From an uncultured virus (IMG/VR IMGVR_UViG_3300032676_000987) (Duplodnaviria; Heunggongvirae; Uroviricota; Caudoviricetes), in the IMG/VR virus record IMGVR_UViG_3300032676_000987: a stretch of DNA of 64,000 bases, one strand, 5' to 3'. Below are positions 46,850 through 56,431 of this stretch, in pieces; positions within the stretch are counted from its first letter, which is position 1, and each line of letters begins with the position of its first letter. Made by a program: the position numbers and the translations under genes. Below the pieces are notes generated by a model that worked only from the letters and a program-made list of their open reading frames with translations, was not told where the DNA came from and did not search any database.

Positions 46850-47425
46850 ATGATCGGAAATGAAATCATTCTAGAGTCTGCTGCTAGTGAGTTAGCCAAA
46901 AAGCTACCATCTTTAGAAAAGCACGACTATAACACTATTGACCAACTAATGCGAAAGATTGCTGCTAAGCATCACATTACTGGTAAGGCCCTGCACGACC
47001 TTTTTGTGAAGCGATATAGCTCTACACCTGACAGTTGGATCAAAAATAAGTTAGATGAAACCGATGAAGAATTAAATATTCCCGAAGAAGTACAAAAGTT
47101 TGCAGAATGGGCTTCACGTAGAGTTCATCTAAAGAATCCCATTAAAGTAGACCTCAGCTACGACACCGAAGAAGCTCAGCATAATCATCATACTGGCAGG
47201 CACACTGAAGGTGATCCCACGATCTGGGTTTATGCTAAGAACAGAAACCTAGTAGATATTCTTAGAACGGTATTCCATGAAATCGTACACTGTCGTCAAA
47301 GTGAACTAGGTATGATTAAGCCTGGTGACAGCTATCCTGGTAGCCCAATCGAAGCGATGGCCGACCTCTTAGCTGGCAAATACATTAAAATTTATGGTGA
47401 ACGTCATCATTATATATTCCAATAA
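46850..47425 (+). CDS. Two-module protein with HExxH metallopeptidase-like domain
   Basis: ILRTVFHEIVHCRQ...SPIEAMA; N-terminal module shared with the C-terminus of the 26048 gene; leader MIGNEIILE. Confidence 0.7.
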   Translation: MIGNEIILESAASELAKKLPSLEKHDYNTIDQLMRKIAAKHHITGKALHDLFVKRYSSTPDSWIKNKLDETDEELNIPEEVQKFAEWASRRVHLKNPIKVDLSYDTEEAQHNHHTGRHTEGDPTIWVYAKNRNLVDILRTVFHEIVHCRQSELGMIKPGDSYPGSPIEAMADLLAGKYIKIYGERHHYIFQ

Positions 47426-47436
47426 TTGGTGTATAC

Positions 47437-48829
47437 ATGCGAGCAAATGAATTTCTTATTGAATATGACAGAACAAAGACCGCCGCTACTTTGGGTGATA
47501 AGCTCATTCATGTTGCGTACGAAGATAACACCTATAGGACCTATAGGTCCGGAATAACACCATCTGATATTTTAGAAAAGATAGAGACTAAGGATCCAAC
47601 TCCAAATAAAGAATATACTCAGTGGTTGGCTCGTATGTATGCCAAAGGCGGAGTACCGTTCGAAGACCTAAACAGAATGGATGTTTTAAGTTCATATAAT
47701 ATAGGCAAGAAGAGAAGACAAATTCAACCAGAAGACGCTGACATCAACAAATTTAAAACATATAAAGAATTTGAAGATACCATGATGTCAAAGTATTCAC
47801 AATTGAATACTGATCCGAAGGAGGTCAACAAAGGAAAATCTACTCTTTATTTTGAAGATGATAATGTAAGAATAATCATACCAGAAGATGAGGCAGCAGC
47901 ATGTTATTATGGTAGAGGCACGCGGTGGTGTACAGCAGCCACAAAGGGTGAAAATTATTTCAATCATTATAATACAAAAGGCAAGATATATATAATTCTA
48001 TTCAAGAAATTTCCGAACAAGTGGCAGTTTCATTTTGAAACTGCCCAGTTTATGGATGAGGCTGATAATGAACTCGGTATAGAACAAGTAAGATCAGTCT
48101 CGCATTATTTTTCTAAAAAGATATGGAATGATGCGTTTATCAATCGTCCAGCTGAGATGTTAAAATACATAAAAAACCCAACTGAGAAACAAAAAATAGC
48201 AGCAGTTACGGATTCGGCATTGCTAGCTCTAGAATATATAAAAAATCCAAGTAATGCAGTTAAATTAGCAGCAATAACATCCGATCCTGAGATAATTCAA
48301 TACATAGAAAACCCAACTGAACAAATGCAACTAGTTGCAGTTGAGTCTGATGGATACCTTATTCGTTATATAAAAAATCCAAGTAATGCGGTTATGATGG
48401 CCGCGGTTAAAACTAATCCGATGTCTATGAAACGCTACATATATAGATAATCCACCAGAAGAGGTTCAACTGGCTGCGGTCCGAAGAGACATACGTGCAT
48501 TTATATATATAAAAAATCCTACCGAAAAAGTACAATTTGAAACAGTTTCTAAAAATGGATTCCTTATAAGGGATATCACAAATCCTTCAGCCCAAATACA
48601 ACTTGCGGCGGTAACTGATGCGGCGTCCGCAATACGATTTATACAAAACCCAACCGAACAAGCACAAATGCAGGCTATTAACTCTGAAACGTACCATATT
48701 CAGAATATAAAAAACCCCACCGAAAAAGTACAATTGGCTGCTGTTCGAAGAGACATGCGTGCATTTGACCTTATAAAAAACCCAACAGACAAAGTTAAAG
48801 CTTTGGTTGCTAAACTAAAAGCAAAGTAA
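47437..48829 (+). pseudogene. WCT-domain plus IKNP helical-repeat protein, frameshifted in an (AT)n tract (ORF 47437-48450, continuation 48446-48829)
   Basis: MRANEFLIE; the repeat array YIKNP[TS]E..QLAAV continues for 127 codons in the +1 frame after TACATATATAGATAATCCA. Confidence 0.75.
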
Positions 48830-48854
48830 TATACAGTACATCCTCCCAAAACAA

Positions 48855-48883
48855 TTGAACTATACTTGTAAGTACTATATACT
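48855..48883 (+). promoter_or_regulatory. Sigma70-type promoter for the replication operon
   Basis: TTGAAC-17-TATACT upstream of AAGGAG/ATG 48908. Confidence 0.55.
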
Positions 48884-48907
48884 TCACAAGACATAGAAGG
48901 AGTATAC

Positions 48908-49165
48908 ATGTCTAGAGTATTCAACACTGACGCAAAGATTAAGTTGACCCAACTGGTTAACGAGGGCTTAGGTGTCCTACAAGAAATTGAAACTCTTAAT
49001 GAAGGTCTAAACGACACCATTAAGGCAATCGCAGAAGAACTAGAAATAAAGCCAGCCATTCTTAAGAAGGCTATCAAGGTTGCACAGAAGCAGCGCCTCG
49101 CACAAACTAACGAGGAAAATGAGGAACTCAATACCATTTTGGAGACTGTTGGTCGAGCTAATTAA
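48908..49165 (+). CDS. Small dsDNA-binding protein (T4 DsbA/GapR-like)
   Basis: EIETLNEGLNDTIKAIAEELEIKPAILKKAIK helical pattern. Confidence 0.55.
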   Translation: MSRVFNTDAKIKLTQLVNEGLGVLQEIETLNEGLNDTIKAIAEELEIKPAILKKAIKVAQKQRLAQTNEENEELNTILETVGRAN

Positions 49166-50844
49166 TGGCATATGTCGATGCAGTATTAGATTCCAACGCA
49201 GATCGAATCCACGTTGTAGAACGTACTCCTGAAGGTAAACGTGCATACAAAGAGTTCCCTACGAACTACGTAATGTACTATGCTGATCCTAAAGGAAAGT
49301 ATCGTTCTATTTACGGTGATCCGCTGTCTCGGTTCTCTACTCGTAAACGTAGCGAATTCGAGAAGGAACGCAGAATACATAGTAACAAAAAACTATTTGA
49401 GAGCGACGTTAACGTAGTATTTAGGTGTTTGGCTGATAACTACCTTAATGCTGAACCACCAAAGCTTCATACTTGCTTTTTCGACATTGAAGTGGACTTT
49501 GATCCTGAGCGAGGATTTAGTCCTACTAGTGATCCGTTCAATCCAGTAACTGCAATCTCAATGTATCTAGATTGGCTTGATCAACTGATTACGTTGGTCA
49601 TGCCACCTAAGCACATGACAGATGAAACTGCGCAAGAGTTAACTAAAGATTTTCCAAACTGCTTTCTGTTTCGTTCTGAAATAGAGATGTTTGAAACCTT
49701 CTTTGAGTTGATCGAAGATGCTGACATTCTAACTGGCTGGAACTCAGAGGGATACGACATTCCGTATACGGTTAATCGCGTTACTAGAATCATGTCTAAA
49801 AACGATACTCGTAAGTTTTGTCTGCTGGGGAAACTCCCTAAGACTCGTACCTATGAACGTTTCGGCAAGGAAGAAGAAACATACGATCTAGTTGGTAGAA
49901 TTCATATGGACTACCTTCAACTGTATAAGAAGTACAACTACGAGTCTCGTCATAGTTATTCTCTTGATGCTATCGGTGAGATGGAAGTAGGTGAACGTAA
50001 AACTCAGTACGAAGGCAGTTTGGATCAGTTATACAATCAGGACTTTAAAACGTTCGTGGAGTATAACAGACAAGACACGATGCTTATGGTTAAAATTCAC
50101 AATAAGCTAAAGTTCCTTGATCTTGCTAACGCACTAGCACACGAGAATAGCGTACTTCTTCCGACAGTTATGGGTTCGGTGCAGATGATCGAAATGGCTA
50201 TCTTCAATGAAGCTCACGCACGTGGAATGATCGTACCTAACAAGAAGCCCAAAGAAGATACTGGGTTTCCGGCAGCTGGTGCGTTTGTTGCTATTCCTAA
50301 ACAAGGAATGCACGAATATCCTGGTGCAGTTGACATCAACTCTCTGTATCCGTCTGACATTCGAGCGCTGAACATGTCTCCGGAAACCATCATAGGTCAA
50401 GTTCGTCAAACACTGACTGACCAATACATGCACGAAAAGAGCATGAGATTGGCTTCTGAAAAGAAGAACAAGAAGAAGAAAAAGTTCGGAGATGACAGCG
50501 AGGAAGAAGGCGTCATTGGTGCAATTCTGTGGGAAGGATTGTTTGGCTCAATTGAGTATACAGCAATCATGAATCAAGAACGCGGAACTACCCTTTGGAT
50601 AGACTATGAAGATGGTAGAAGTGTACAAATGTCTGCTGCTGAAATTTGGAAGATGATCTTCGACAGTAACAGACCATGGATCCTTTCAGCAAATGGTACC
50701 ATCTTTACTTACGAAAAAGAAGGAGTGATTCCAGGACTACTTTCTCGGTGGTATACTGAACGTAAAAAACTTCAGAAAAAACAATACGCAGTTAGAGAAA
50801 TACTCTATGGTAAATCTTTACCTGATGATTTTTTTACCGATTGA
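49165..50844 (+). CDS. polB: Family B DNA polymerase, N-terminal part (exonuclease, motif A and first fingers helix)
   Basis: ExoI FFDIEV, ExoII GWNSEGYDIPY, ExoIII YNRQD, motif A DINSLYPS, GVIPGLL..WY.ERK. Confidence 0.9.
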   Translation: MAYVDAVLDSNADRIHVVERTPEGKRAYKEFPTNYVMYYADPKGKYRSIYGDPLSRFSTRKRSEFEKERRIHSNKKLFESDVNVVFRCLADNYLNAEPPKLHTCFFDIEVDFDPERGFSPTSDPFNPVTAISMYLDWLDQLITLVMPPKHMTDETAQELTKDFPNCFLFRSEIEMFETFFELIEDADILTGWNSEGYDIPYTVNRVTRIMSKNDTRKFCLLGKLPKTRTYERFGKEEETYDLVGRIHMDYLQLYKKYNYESRHSYSLDAIGEMEVGERKTQYEGSLDQLYNQDFKTFVEYNRQDTMLMVKIHNKLKFLDLANALAHENSVLLPTVMGSVQMIEMAIFNEAHARGMIVPNKKPKEDTGFPAAGAFVAIPKQGMHEYPGAVDINSLYPSDIRALNMSPETIIGQVRQTLTDQYMHEKSMRLASEKKNKKKKKFGDDSEEEGVIGAILWEGLFGSIEYTAIMNQERGTTLWIDYEDGRSVQMSAAEIWKMIFDSNRPWILSANGTIFTYEKEGVIPGLLSRWYTERKKLQKKQYAVREILYGKSLPDDFFTD

Positions 50845-51704
50845 ATCCTACTTTCCATTATGCCATTAGTATGCGAAATGATTGCATCCTTGCTGCCGAA
50901 GATAAAGGAGAAATCAAGGTTAGTGTCTGATAAGCGCAATATTGTATGTCCGCTTGCCAATGCCACGTTATTTTTTATTAAATCTCGATTTATTTGTCTT
51001 TTAGATGTGTGCCAATATTCACCATCAACTTCTACTAGTAAATTTAGATTTGGTAATAAGAAATCAAATAACCAACTACCCTTTTCAGTATGTATAGGAT
51101 GCTGATGAATGTACAATATATCATTATTCTTGCAAAATTCAATAAACGACAATTCAATAGAAGTATGTTTTTTAGGAGTATCGTTCTTAGACATGAATTC
51201 TACTCGTTTTTTACTCCTATTGCGTCGTTGGTTATCTGATAGATCAAGCTTTTTACCCTTATTTCCGGAGCCGCCTAACCCAATGGTATTTCCTATCATT
51301 TTAGTAGACTGTTTGGCTCTTCTCTCCGCAGTCCACGGTTTCTGTTTCCATCCATTGGCTATTCTCTCTTCCATATTAATCTTGCTGACAACCTTCATGT
51401 ATTCTTTATGTTCAGGTGTGTGGGTTCCCCAAGATACTCCGGTTCGTGCGGTTGATAATTTTTGTTTATGTTCCTCTGTTTTTCGTTTACCAGTTAATGC
51501 GTTTCTTACTTTTTCTACACTAACTGGATCATGCATTGGGTTGTTATCTCTCGCGTGTTTTCCGTATGCATGCCTTAGCTCATCAGAAAATAAAACAGAT
51601 CCTGGAAATTGCGCTAAGTATTCAGCCGTAGTTATATTGTGAGTTTTTAAATGACTACTAGTCACTCGTTTCATTTCTTTGTTACAAATAGCACAATCCA
51701 CCAT
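50805..51704 (-). mobile_element. Antisense free-standing endonuclease (Vsr/DUF559-like PD-(D/E)xK with Zn-finger and NUMOD3-like N-terminus) inserted in the polymerase gene
   Basis: TSIE...FDF....LLVEVDGEYWH....RDLIKN....GHTILRL; CAIC...HLKTH; H.EEHK.K.S; own late promoter and AAAGGAG RBS. Confidence 0.8.
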
Positions 51705-51758
51705 ATACGACTCTCCTTTAAAAAAGCACCATATGTATTTATCTTATAGAGCAAAAAT

Positions 51759-53003
51759 ATGAATCTAACGAAAATTATATTGGAATACGATACTAATAAA
51801 GTGAATGATTTTATTCAAAACAAAGACAAAATTGGTCTTGTTGAATACATAACTGGTTTCGGATTAGAAATACGAGACCGCTCCATTCATCCAATGGAAG
51901 CATATAAATCAGTTTGGGGGTTAGCAATGGAGTATTGGGACAAACGACAGTTAGTAAAAAAAATTCTCTTGAACTCTACATATGGATCCATTTTGAACGA
52001 ATATTGCAGGTTTTATGATAAGCGGATCGGACAGTCAGTTACTTTGTCTGGTCGTCAAATTGTTAGGCACATGATGAGCCAGATCAATGAAATCATTGCA
52101 GGTGAATACACTCACGAAGGTGAGGCGATCATCTACGGTGATACTGACTCCTGCTACTTCACTGCATATTCTATATTAAAAGATAGAATCGAACAAGGTG
52201 AAATAGAATGGAACAAGGAAGTTTGCATCGAACTGTACGACAACATCGCAGAGCAAACTAACGCTAGCTTTCCTGCTTTCATGGAGAAAGCGTTCCATTG
52301 TCCCCGCAAGAACGGTGAGGTCATCAAAGCTGGTAGAGAATTGATCGGTGATCGTTCTATCTTTATTACAAAGAAGCGTTACGCAATCAACATCTTCGAC
52401 AAAGAAGGTAAACGCAAGGATAAGGAAGGTAAATTAGGTGAAATCAAAGCTATGGGTCTAGACCTAAAGCGTGCAGATACACCTAAGTACGTTCAGGAAT
52501 TTCTTATGGAAATTCTTTGTATGGTAATTCAAGAGGGTAAGGGCCGAGACGAAGTGATCGAAAAGATCAAAGAGTTTAAAAGAAAGCTTTCAGAACAAGA
52601 CAGTTGGACTAAGGGTTCACCTAAATCAGTTAATAATTTGACAAATCATACCATTAAGTATGAGAGAACCGGTAAGTGCAGTGTTGGTCATGCTAAGGCC
52701 GCCATTCACTACAATCAACTGCGTAAGATGAATAGCGACCAGTACAGCCAAAAAATTGTCGACGGCATGAAGGTTGTGGTGTGTACACTAAAATCAAATC
52801 CCTTAGGTATTACTTCAATCGCATATCCCACCGATGAATTACGACTTCCAAAATGGTTCCTAGAACTACCATTCGATGATCTTGATATGGAACGTAAACT
52901 AGTGGATGAAAAGATAGACAACCTGTTAGGTGTGTTAGATTGGAAAATCAGATATGACACCAATACTAATAGTACATTTAGTTCGTTGTTTACTTTCGGC
53001 TAA
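51759..53003 (+). CDS. polB: Family B DNA polymerase, C-terminal part (motifs B and C, thumb)
   Basis: KRQLVKKILLNSTYG (motif B), SVTLSGR, YGDTDS (motif C), KKRYA, KAMGL. Confidence 0.9.
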   Translation: MNLTKIILEYDTNKVNDFIQNKDKIGLVEYITGFGLEIRDRSIHPMEAYKSVWGLAMEYWDKRQLVKKILLNSTYGSILNEYCRFYDKRIGQSVTLSGRQIVRHMMSQINEIIAGEYTHEGEAIIYGDTDSCYFTAYSILKDRIEQGEIEWNKEVCIELYDNIAEQTNASFPAFMEKAFHCPRKNGEVIKAGRELIGDRSIFITKKRYAINIFDKEGKRKDKEGKLGEIKAMGLDLKRADTPKYVQEFLMEILCMVIQEGKGRDEVIEKIKEFKRKLSEQDSWTKGSPKSVNNLTNHTIKYERTGKCSVGHAKAAIHYNQLRKMNSDQYSQKIVDGMKVVVCTLKSNPLGITSIAYPTDELRLPKWFLELPFDDLDMERKLVDEKIDNLLGVLDWKIRYDTNTNSTFSSLFTFG

Positions 53004-53011
53004 CAGTATAG

Positions 53012-53062
53012 TTGACTTTCGTAAAGAATTCCACTATTATAAACAAAATAAAGACCTAAATA
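53012..53062 (+). promoter_or_regulatory. Tandem sigma70-type and late promoters
   Basis: TTGACT-17-TATTAT (53012-53040) followed by CTAAATA (53056). Confidence 0.6.
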
Positions 53063-53078
53063 CATTAAAGGAAAACAC

Positions 53079-53810
53079 ATGAAAGATTACTTAGTTGATC
53101 TGATCCAACACACGCAAGGACTCGGTGTAGTCGAGCTTATAAAGGTTGTGGGTACAGACACAGAAACAAAAATTGCAGGATTGGCGACTGACAGATCGCT
53201 TATTCTGTTTGGTGATTTCAAGAATCCGATCCCAGAATTCAAAGGCACGTTTGGTATGCCTAACTTGTCTAAGCTAAAGACTATTTTAGGATTCGAGGAT
53301 TATGATGACACTTCAACTATAAACCTTGTACGCGAAACATACGATGGACAAGATCATCCTGCATCAATTCACTTTGAAACTAGTAATGGTGACTTTGTTA
53401 ATGACTACCGACTGATGGCTAAGTCTGTCATAGAAGCTACTGTTGCTCCAGTTAAGTTCAACGGAGCAACTTGGGATATCACGTTTGAGCCTACAAACGC
53501 CGGCATTCAACGTCTTAAGAAGCAAGCACAGGCTAACAGTGAAGAAGTAAACTTCTCAACGAAGGTCGAAAACAACGAACTCAAGTTTTTCTTTGGTGAC
53601 AAGTCGTCTCACTCTGGTAACTTTGTGTTCCAAACTAACATTACCGGAAAGCTAACAAAAGTTTGGAATTTGCCGGTAAAGGTGTTCTTGTCCGTATTAG
53701 ACTTAGACGGTGACAAGACCATCAGAATGTCTGATCAGGGCGTTGCAGAGATTGTCGTTGATAGTGGTCTGGCAGTATATCGCTATATGATTCCTTGTCA
53801 GGGAAAGTAA
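53079..53810 (+). CDS. Probable sliding clamp (gp45/PCNA-like)
   Basis: 243 aa alpha/beta pattern; directly downstream of the polymerase; a clamp loader is encoded in the window. No diagnostic motif. Confidence 0.55.
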   Translation: MKDYLVDLIQHTQGLGVVELIKVVGTDTETKIAGLATDRSLILFGDFKNPIPEFKGTFGMPNLSKLKTILGFEDYDDTSTINLVRETYDGQDHPASIHFETSNGDFVNDYRLMAKSVIEATVAPVKFNGATWDITFEPTNAGIQRLKKQAQANSEEVNFSTKVENNELKFFFGDKSSHSGNFVFQTNITGKLTKVWNLPVKVFLSVLDLDGDKTIRMSDQGVAEIVVDSGLAVYRYMIPCQGK

Positions 53811-54179
53811 ATGATTAAGAGCATCTACGGAGGACAGGGAATTATTGTTAATGGAGGGATGCCTTCGGTACCCTACATCAACATGAGCAACCAGAGTGCT
53901 GGCATGGTAAGATTTAACGGCACCATCCAATCATTGGAAGTAGATGACGGTTCTACTTGGTATGGTATTAATAATACTGCGAGCATGGAACTTTCTCCGG
54001 AAGTTGTATCGATCTTAGCTTGGGCAAGAAATAAACAGCAGGAAGAAAAAGACCTGCTTAATCTTTCTGAAACGAATGCTACTATCCGTGATCTGGTTGA
54101 TCAAATTAAAGAAAAACAAAAACAAATTGAAGTCGTTAAGATATTGATTAAAGAAGAAGCTAAACTTGGAACAAATTAA
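53811..54179 (+). CDS. Hypothetical protein
   Basis: GMVRFNG...LEVDDGSTW motif followed by a coiled coil. Confidence 0.6.
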   Translation: MIKSIYGGQGIIVNGGMPSVPYINMSNQSAGMVRFNGTIQSLEVDDGSTWYGINNTASMELSPEVVSILAWARNKQQEEKDLLNLSETNATIRDLVDQIKEKQKQIEVVKILIKEEAKLGTN

Positions 54180-55716
54180 CTTATCAAACGCACACCAGTC
54201 AGACTGGGCTTTGTTCCTGCCGGCAGTATCGTCATTTTTTATTGCTGGTTTAGGTAAACAACGTGAGGGTGAAAACTATTTTGATTCGGCTAGAATACCT
54301 GTTGGATTAAACGGTAATGTTGAAAAGCTAAATTTTCTGAACGAAAAAGAAGGACTGTACACTTACAAGTGGGGCCTGTATTCAGCTGGTCACGCTAATC
54401 TAGACATTACGAAGAATGATCACAATGAGAGCATCATTCGTAAGCGTGATCGTAAAAATACATTCATGTTAGGTGATTCTGGTGGATTCCAAATTCTAAA
54501 GTGTCAATGGCCCGCTGACTGGAAAGATCCTAACTGCCCGAAGGCCATGAAGAAACGCACTGAGGTTTTGAAGTGGATGGACGAGTACATGGACTACGGT
54601 ATGTGTCTCGACATTCCTTCACAGTCGCTTACTACATATCATATCAAAGACCCCAAAACGGGTAAGTCCGTGCACGGCATTCGAACCATTGAGGACGCTA
54701 TTGCTGCTACTCATATTAACAATGAGTATTTCATTGCTAATCGTGATGGCCGTTGTAAGTTTCTAAACGTTCTACAAGGACGTAATCATAAACAGTCTGA
54801 TGATTGGTATGAAGAAATGAAGAAGTATTGCGATCCTAATATTTACCCAGACAATCATTTCAACGGATGGGCGTTTGGTGGTCAAACAAAGATCGACGTG
54901 CATCTGATGCTAAAGCGTATGGTTAACATCATTCATGATGGTCTGCTTGAGCCAGGCAAACATGATCTTATTCACTGTTTGGGTACTTCTATTCTAGAAT
55001 ACGCTATTTTGTTCACCGATATTCAAAGAGCAATACGCAAGTATCACAATCCAAATTTGCAAATCACGTTTGATTGTGCGTCTCCATTCTACGCGGCCGC
55101 AAAGGGGCTTGCGTATAACAACAATACGTTTAGACATAACACGAAGTGGACGTATTCGATGGAAAAAACTGCTGAAAACAAAAATTATGCGACTGATACT
55201 CGCAAGTTCAAAGATGCGGTTTTGGAAGACGGCATCCATAAAGTGTTTAGTGATAGCCCTGTAACTGATATAATGATGGTTAAGGATCTCTGTTACAGAG
55301 GACCAGGCTTTCTGGGGCAACACGGCAAAGAAACGAAGACCAGCTGGGACACTCTTAGTTATACATTGATGCAAGCACATAACGTATATCGGCACATTTA
55401 TGCGGTACAAGAAGCCAATCGTAAATCAGACTCGGGTATTAATCCTAAAATGGTTTTGGACAAGTTTGATGGTACCACATTCGGTGATCTTATTGATAAG
55501 ATTTTTTCTCTAAAGGATCGTGAGAAAAGCCTTGCAATGATTGATCAATATAATCTATTCTGGCAGCAGATGAAGGCCGGACAAGGGTTTTCCGGAAAAA
55601 GGGCTACAAATGCTCTTTCAAAGTTTGAGGAGTGTTTTACTATAGAAGAACCTGATCCTGAAATCGAAGAAGTTGTTGAAGATAGCGATGACGCTATGTT
55701 AGAAGTTTTAGAATAG
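54166..55716 (+). CDS. dpdA: DpdA/TGT-family 7-deazaguanine DNA transglycosylase
   Basis: LGDSGGFQ, MCLDIP, VLQG, GWAFGG, IHCLG, TFDCASP; clustered with folE/queD/queE. Confidence 0.8.
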   Translation: MEQINLSNAHQSDWALFLPAVSSFFIAGLGKQREGENYFDSARIPVGLNGNVEKLNFLNEKEGLYTYKWGLYSAGHANLDITKNDHNESIIRKRDRKNTFMLGDSGGFQILKCQWPADWKDPNCPKAMKKRTEVLKWMDEYMDYGMCLDIPSQSLTTYHIKDPKTGKSVHGIRTIEDAIAATHINNEYFIANRDGRCKFLNVLQGRNHKQSDDWYEEMKKYCDPNIYPDNHFNGWAFGGQTKIDVHLMLKRMVNIIHDGLLEPGKHDLIHCLGTSILEYAILFTDIQRAIRKYHNPNLQITFDCASPFYAAAKGLAYNNNTFRHNTKWTYSMEKTAENKNYATDTRKFKDAVLEDGIHKVFSDSPVTDIMMVKDLCYRGPGFLGQHGKETKTSWDTLSYTLMQAHNVYRHIYAVQEANRKSDSGINPKMVLDKFDGTTFGDLIDKIFSLKDREKSLAMIDQYNLFWQQMKAGQGFSGKRATNALSKFEECFTIEEPDPEIEEVVEDSDDAMLEVLE

Positions 55717-55782
55717 TTATCCAAATAGGTTGAAATTATATACACAAACGTTAAAATAAATCTTAAGCAGTGGAGTATAAAA

Positions 55783-55977
55783 ATGAACTTGACCAGCAAA
55801 ATTAATCTTCTGCAAGTCGAACTGGATTTGCTAACTGAACAAATTGCCAATGAAACAAAAGAGCCGGTGCGAAAAATTCTGGCTATGCAACGTATACATA
55901 CCTTTGAAGAACTTCGGGCAGCTAAGCGCTTGCAAGAACGTCAAATGTCTGATATTATTGAATATAATGATTACTGA
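55783..55977 (+). CDS. Hypothetical small protein
   Basis: GGAG RBS; 64 aa. Confidence 0.55.
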   Translation: MNLTSKINLLQVELDLLTEQIANETKEPVRKILAMQRIHTFEELRAAKRLQERQMSDIIEYNDY

Positions 55978-55984
55978 AGAAATA

Positions 55985-56431
55985 ATGAATACTAATAATT
56001 TACCCGAACAAGCTATTCAGGCTCTAGCCGATCAACGAAATAGAATCTCCGCAAGGGCAAAGCGTAAAGTGTGGGTGACCTTTCAACGCGAAGGCATTCA
56101 TAGGTATCCTGCTGCTGAAGACGATCCCAACCTTAAGACTGGCGATGAATATGACGTTAGTTTTCTGGCACATCCTCACCGACATATCTTTCATTTTAAG
56201 GTGGCGATTGCGGTAGAGCATTCTAACCGAGCAATTGAATTTATACAATTCAAGCGTTGGTTGGAAAGTTTATACGGTAACGGCGTTTTGCAATTAGATT
56301 ATAAATCTTGCGAAATGATAGCAGAAGATTTATATGAAGTTATTGCGTCTAAATATCCTAACAGATATATTCAAATATCAGTGAGTGAAGACGGAGAAAA
56401 TGGAGCAGAACTAACTTTTACCACAGCATAA
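55985..56431 (+). CDS. dpdL: QueD-paralog T-fold protein, DpdL-like (putative CDG decarboxylase)
   Basis: LAHPHRHIF fits the LxxxHRHxF motif I recall for DpdL; SCEMIA and VSEDGENGA T-fold motifs; a separate canonical queD is present. Confidence 0.6.
   Translation: MNTNNLPEQAIQALADQRNRISARAKRKVWVTFQREGIHRYPAAEDDPNLKTGDEYDVSFLAHPHRHIFHFKVAIAVEHSNRAIEFIQFKRWLESLYGNGVLQLDYKSCEMIAEDLYEVIASKYPNRYIQISVSEDGENGAELTFTTA

Noticed and set aside
50860..51642. Plus-strand ORFs 50860-51105 and 51109-51642 as polymerase pieces
   Set aside because: They contain no polymerase motifs and are antisense shadows of the endonuclease gene.
50805..51758. The polymerase interruption as an intein or group I intron
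   Set aside because: The inserted ORF is antisense, stop codons interrupt the pol frame, there are no intein terminal residues, and there is almost no non-coding sequence to form a ribozyme core. Splicing cannot be fully excluded without RT-PCR.
51759..51800. The Pol C-part N-terminus MNLTKIILEYD resembles the capsid-targeting leaders
   Set aside because: It lacks the basic second residue and the central E/D, and it has no plus-strand late promoter; probably chance.
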